Below, in pieces: positions 59,686-64,000 of a stretch of 64,000 nt of DNA. This DNA comes from Sedimentisphaerales bacterium (GTDB lineage: Bacteria > Planctomycetota > Phycisphaerae > Sedimentisphaerales > SM23-30): NCBI GenBank assembly GCA_963663965.2, contig CAXXFK010000010.1:32001-96000 (forward strand), in the 5' to 3' direction. A model generated the notes under the pieces. It saw only the letters and a list, made by a program, of their open reading frames with translations, had not been told where the DNA came from and ran no database searches. Numbering within the stretch: position 1 is the first letter of the stretch; every line of letters begins with the position of its first letter. The translations under genes and the position numbers were made by a program.

Positions 59686-60180
59686 TTACCGTCCGGCCGG
59701 GGATGTCCGGCTGATTTCATTCAGACAACACATGGCTATCGCCAGGGCATCGGCCACATCCGCCGGCGTCGGGATCGTCGCCAGACCCAATTGTGTTTTA
59801 ACGGCATGCTGAATCTGCTGTTTACTGGCGCGGCCATGTCCCACCAGCGATTTTTTGATACGGGTGGCTGAAAATCCCAATGTTTCAACGCCATGCCCGG
59901 CCGCCGCCAGCAAAAACATGCCCCGCGCGTGTCCCATTAATATCGCCGTCCTGGGATGCTTGTAATGCGCGTACAACTCTTCGATCGCCATGCATTGAAC
60001 AGGATATTCATTCAATATGGCATCAATATCCCGATAGATCTGATGAAGCCGCTTTTCAATGGGTAATCTGGTTTCTGCACGAATCGCGCCGGCGTCCACG
60101 ACTTCGATTCGAGGCCCATGCTGCCGCAAAACCGCATAGCCGCTGGTTTGTAATCCCGGATCAATTCCAAGCACTAGCAT
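59686..60180 (-). CDS. ruvC: Holliday junction resolvase RuvC
   Basis: LGIDPG, AIEE, GHARG, GHGRASKQQI, DVADALAIAMC. Confidence 0.96.
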   Translation of the reverse strand: MLVLGIDPGLQTSGYAVLRQHGPRIEVVDAGAIRAETRLPIEKRLHQIYRDIDAILNEYPVQCMAIEELYAHYKHPRTAILMGHARGMFLLAAAGHGVETLGFSATRIKKSLVGHGRASKQQIQHAVKTQLGLATIPTPADVADALAIAMCCLNEISRTSPAGR

Positions 60181-60219
60181 GCTAACCTTTTAATGCTTAC
60201 TGGATGACACCGCATTGAC

Positions 60220-61725
60220 TCAATCACGCCGCCAGACAGCGCCGTCCGGACCATCTTCAATGGTAATATTAAGGGCTTTTAATTTTTCACGAATGCTATC
60301 GGCCAGCGCATAATTTTTTTCCTGACGAGCCTCCGCACGCAGTTGCAGTAACACCTCCATTAACTGCCCCGCCAATTCGTCACCCCCAGACTTTTCTTCC
60401 AGTGGCTCAGTCAATAAACCGATAATCTGTCCCAGCCGGGTTATCATGCGTCCGCATTCGGCAATTAATTCACGCAAATTGGGATTGCTCTTTGCCTCAA
60501 TCTGGCGTTTGTCCATGAATTTATTGGCCATGCTACTCAGTTCATAGAGCACTGAAATCCCTCCGGCCGTATTAAAATCATCGTCCAGACATTCCAGATA
60601 ACGCAACTGCGCGTGTGCCACGGTCTCAAAAAAGACCCGGTCTTCCTCGCCGTCAACCAGGGTTTCCATTTGTTTCAGGTTGCATCCGGTTGAATAGATA
60701 TCTTTTTCCGCCAGCAGGTTTATGCGATCCAGCGTGCGGTAAATATTTTTGGCCCCTTTCATGGTCGCCATCAGGGAATCATCGGAAAAGTCAATCGGCC
60801 GTCGATAATGGGTGCTCAAAAGGAAAAACCGTATGATCGCCGGCGGATATTCATCCAGTAATTCATTAAGAGGCCGGATATTTCCCAACGACTTACTCAT
60901 CTTCTCTGCTTTCCATTCCCCTCCACCGGCTTTGGTCTTGACCCGCGTCAGACCATTATGCAGCCAGTATTTAACAAAAGGCTTCCCAGTGGCAGCCTGG
61001 GATTGAGCAATTTCATTTTCGTGGTGCGGAAAAATCAGATCCATACCCCCACCATGAATATCAAAGGTTTCACCCAGGTATTTTATGCTCATGGCGGAAC
61101 ATTCAATATGCCAGCCCGGCCGGCCGCGGCCCCAGGGTGAATCCCAGCCGAGTTCATCAGGACCGGCTTTTTTCCACAAGGCGAAATCACCGGGATTCCG
61201 TTTGCTGACCCCGGCCAGTTCACGGGTTCCAGCCAGTTGCTCGTCTATCTGACGATTGGAAAGACAGCCATAGTCTTCACATTTGGTGATATCGCAATAG
61301 ACATCGCCATCCACCACATAAGCCGCATCCTTTTCGCCCATTTTCTTTATCAAATCCAGAATATCGGGGATATGATCCGTGGCTCGCGGATAGATATCCA
61401 CACTGTTGACTCCCAGTTTTTCCATCGCTTCAAAATAACCCGCACTGACTTTCGCCGCCAGTTCACTGACACTGATATTCCGGCGTCCGGCTTCATCAAT
61501 CAATTTGTCATCGACATCGGTGATATTCACCACCATGGTCACCTTGAACCCCTTATAGATCAGATATTTTTTCAGGGAATCAAAAATAACCGGTCCCACA
61601 GCATGCCCAATATGACTGGGTTTATATACGGTCGGACCGCAAACATAGATCCCAACACTACCGGGTTCCACTGGGATGAATATTTCTTTCTTACGGGTTA
61701 GTGTATTATAAAACTTGAGCGACAT
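60220..61725 (-). CDS. cysS: Cysteine-tRNA ligase
   Basis: YVCGPTVY, HIGH, PGWHIECSAM, HHENEIAQ, KMSKS; start placed at ATG 61725 (MSLKFYNTLTR). Confidence 0.98.
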   Translation of the reverse strand: MSLKFYNTLTRKKEIFIPVEPGSVGIYVCGPTVYKPSHIGHAVGPVIFDSLKKYLIYKGFKVTMVVNITDVDDKLIDEAGRRNISVSELAAKVSAGYFEAMEKLGVNSVDIYPRATDHIPDILDLIKKMGEKDAAYVVDGDVYCDITKCEDYGCLSNRQIDEQLAGTRELAGVSKRNPGDFALWKKAGPDELGWDSPWGRGRPGWHIECSAMSIKYLGETFDIHGGGMDLIFPHHENEIAQSQAATGKPFVKYWLHNGLTRVKTKAGGGEWKAEKMSKSLGNIRPLNELLDEYPPAIIRFFLLSTHYRRPIDFSDDSLMATMKGAKNIYRTLDRINLLAEKDIYSTGCNLKQMETLVDGEEDRVFFETVAHAQLRYLECLDDDFNTAGGISVLYELSSMANKFMDKRQIEAKSNPNLRELIAECGRMITRLGQIIGLLTEPLEEKSGGDELAGQLMEVLLQLRAEARQEKNYALADSIREKLKALNITIEDGPDGAVWRRD

Positions 61726-61854
61726 TGTGTTTATTATTCCTTTATTTACAATGAGATATCTCACGACCCGGCCATGTAAAGGGATTGCGGGATTCTGCCG
61801 GGGGGCTTAAGATGCCGGATTATATCTCAAATCATCTGTTTTTTCAACCTGCGA

Positions 61855-62352
61855 TTAATCGCTGATTCTGGACAGACCGGCAATCGCATGGCAGGATATT
61901 GCCCGTCCTTCACCCTCCGGCCCAACCCGTTCATTGGTTTTCGCTTTAATATTCACCGCTACAACAGGTAAGCCCAGAACTCCCGCCAGATTTTGTCGCA
62001 TCTGCTGTTTAAAAGGCGCCAGTTTCGGGCGTTGTACTATGACAGTTACATCTATATTTGCCACCCTGAGTTTTTGCTGACCGACACGATCCAGGGCTTC
62101 GCTCAACAACAAAGCGCTATCGGCATCTTTATAAGTTATGTCACTATCGGGGAACAGTTGCCCGATATCATCCAGTCCGGCAGCCCCCAGAATGGCATCG
62201 GTTACGGCATGCATGATGACATCGGCATCGCTATGCCCCATCAATCCTTTTTCAAATGGAATTTCAATCCCGGCCAGTATTAATTTTCGCCCTGATTCCA
62301 GGCGGTGCAAATCATAACCATGGCCTATGCGTATTATCGGTTCTTCTTTCAT
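61855..62352 (-). CDS. ispF: 2-C-methyl-D-erythritol 2,4-cyclodiphosphate synthase
   Basis: RIGHGYDLHRL, GHSDADV, DIGQLFPD, NIKAKTNE. Confidence 0.97.
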   Translation of the reverse strand: MKEEPIIRIGHGYDLHRLESGRKLILAGIEIPFEKGLMGHSDADVIMHAVTDAILGAAGLDDIGQLFPDSDITYKDADSALLLSEALDRVGQQKLRVANIDVTVIVQRPKLAPFKQQMRQNLAGVLGLPVVAVNIKAKTNERVGPEGEGRAISCHAIAGLSRISD

Positions 62353-62591
62353 AAGTCCAATGATAACAAGGTGATGCCAATATCACAACATTAAAAATTC
62401 TATTACGCCCGTTAATTCCCGGCTCTGATATAATGTTTCTCAAAATAAAAAAACTCCCATCCATCAGCATACTGTTCAGAAGCGATATCACAATAGATCT
62501 ATCACTTTACAAACAATAACGCAGAATAAAATGCCATCTGGGCCAACCTGGCTGGGCAGCTAATCGATCGATAACAAACTAAAAAAGCCTG

Positions 62592-62918
62592 TTATTCCTC
62601 TTCTTCTTCGGTCACTACAACGACACTATTAAGTGAACCAAATGGATTGGGCGCCTGCTTTTGGGCTTCTGGATCATTAAACCACATGCCATCGACCAGG
62701 AATTTATATTGATATTCTCCAGGCAATAGCTTTGTTTTCAGTTTGAAACCACTTTTTTTGGCCTTCCCTTTTTTCATAATCCCGGAGGCCAGATCCCAAT
62801 TATTAAAATCACCCACAACAAAAACATTCTGAGCCTCTGGTTTGATGTCGCAGTAAAAGACGACTTCACATTTTTTGGGTCCATCATTTTTTTTACAACA
62901 GGCCTTTTTCGCGCTCAT
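62592..62918 (-). CDS. Stand-alone glycogen-binding (CBM48/AMPK-beta-like) protein
   Basis: VFVVGDFNNW, LLPGEYQYKFLVDGMWFNDP, NPFGSLNSVV. Confidence 0.9.
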   Translation of the reverse strand: MSAKKACCKKNDGPKKCEVVFYCDIKPEAQNVFVVGDFNNWDLASGIMKKGKAKKSGFKLKTKLLPGEYQYKFLVDGMWFNDPEAQKQAPNPFGSLNSVVVVTEEEEE

Positions 62919-63186
62919 AGATATCTCCCTACAGGCTGAAGTTTCTAAAATTTGCAGGTTGCCATGTTCGACTGCAATTTAATTAATAATAGTATAGCTC
63001 TATAATTATTTTAAAGCTGGTTTTTTTATTTTTCCAAACTGTTTTAAAAATTTTCGAATCTCTCACATAATCCAGATTTACCAGTTGTTTAATCCATTTA
63101 ACCTCCAGTCGCCCACCATACCTTTCCCCTGGATCCATATTCTATATTTATTGGCCTAAAAGCAAGTTAATAGTTCGCGATTGAAT

Positions 63187-63221
63187 AAAAAAGGCCCTGC
63201 CAGAAATTAACTGACAGGGCC
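63187..63221 (-). terminator. Intrinsic terminator of the PEP-CTERM gene
   Basis: Minus strand GGCCCTGTCAG-TTAATTT-CTGGCAGGGCC-TTTTTT. Confidence 0.85.
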
Positions 63222-63248
63222 GGCTCACGACTGAGAGAGAGAAAGCAA

Positions 63249-64000
63249 TTAGTGGGTTCGTGACTGTTTACGCCTTAGACGCTTTGCATTCAGACTCAAA
63301 GCCCCCATCACAATCAGTGCGATACTGGCCGGTTCGGGAACAACGGTGATACGAGCCACCTGATAACCCGAAGCGGTAAAATCAGCGCCCGGAAAAGCGT
63401 TCAGCACGTTTCCATCGACCAGATATCCTCCATGCTGGCGAACGAGACCATTTTCATCCAGACCGGTATCAGGCGCGGCCTGCCCTAAGAGAGGGGTATT
63501 GGCTGGAACTTCATCATTCACTTCTGTTCCGGCATCCCAAACCATCGATCCCATCACTACAATATCCAGCGGCGTGACCATTCCATTATCAACGATCTTC
63601 CAGGCCATCGGATTATCATTACCAATGAAGGCGTCGTTAGAAGGAATCACCATACTCAAAAAACTGAAATAGACATCACTGCTGGTATCGACATCAAGCG
63701 ACAGCATTCCAACTTCACCAGGATGGTAAATCGGCGGTTGTCCCGGTACTGTAACAGGACCGAGAACCACACCGTCAACCTGTCCGGTAAATGATCCACT
63801 TATACCGCTCGGATCGCCGTCTTCAGCCAGCATCTGTAAATTGCCAGAAGCGGCTGATCCGGCGTCAAAGGCATCAAAACTGCCATCATGGAAACCCACC
63901 CAGACCGGCGTCATACGCGTTCCATCACCAGGTGAAAGATTTTCAACTTTAATATGGAGCATTTCACTCCATCCAACCGTGCTCGAGGCCAGAATAAAAA
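63249..64000 (-). CDS. Spondin_N-like domain protein with PEP-CTERM sorting signal (5' end outside window)
   Basis: TPVWVGFHDG, LAEDGD, SMVIPSNDAFIG, WDAGTEVNDE; C-terminal VPEPASIALIVMGAL...KRLRRK; frame stays open upstream of 63962 (FILASSTVGWSE, end of a signal peptide). Confidence 0.9.
   Translation of the reverse strand, partial: FILASSTVGWSEMLHIKVENLSPGDGTRMTPVWVGFHDGSFDAFDAGSAASGNLQMLAEDGDPSGISGSFTGQVDGVVLGPVTVPGQPPIYHPGEVGMLSLDVDTSSDVYFSFLSMVIPSNDAFIGNDNPMAWKIVDNGMVTPLDIVVMGSMVWDAGTEVNDEVPANTPLLGQAAPDTGLDENGLVRQHGGYLVDGNVLNAFPGADFTASGYQVARITVVPEPASIALIVMGALSLNAKRLRRKQSRTH

Overview
Chromosomal window from a bacterium whose gene families (planctomycete-type RpoZ, split coaC/coaB, DUF1559/H-X9-DG domain, dockerin-tagged GLUG and lamin-tail proteins) point to Planctomycetota, probably Phycisphaerae (inference). 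From left to right: (1) a pilM-N-O-(P)/pilC/pilB-type type IV filament operon apparently co-transcribed with a STAS protein, a degenerate GGDEF protein and a PAS histidine kinase, facing a CheY-like regulator plus an HD-GYP gene; (2) cysE, tRNA-Glu(CTC) and a dead integrase fragment whose 3' end overlaps the tRNA; (3) about 17 kb of giant secreted proteins (lamin-tail/CotH/beta-helix and GLUG-repeat), two of them broken by single-base frameshifts; (4) a gspFGHIJK pseudopilin cluster; (5) apt, two more GLUG proteins and a 2-kb stretch of nested repeats that includes a 57-bp fixed-spacing bipartite motif; (6) a YtrA-type GntR/ABC operon with a recognisable operator; (7) housekeeping genes (tpiA with an unusual Cys-rich tail, secG, yicC, gmk, rpoZ, coaC, coaB, ruvC, cysS, ispF) and a PEP-CTERM protein. 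No rRNA, CRISPR array, reverse transcriptase or intact transposase was seen. The strongest leads are the shared Trp-terminated dockerin-like tag on five secreted proteins near two type IV/II machines, the c-di-GMP module built into the pilus operon, and the fixed-spacing DNA motif and nested-hairpin region at 44.4-46.5 kb.
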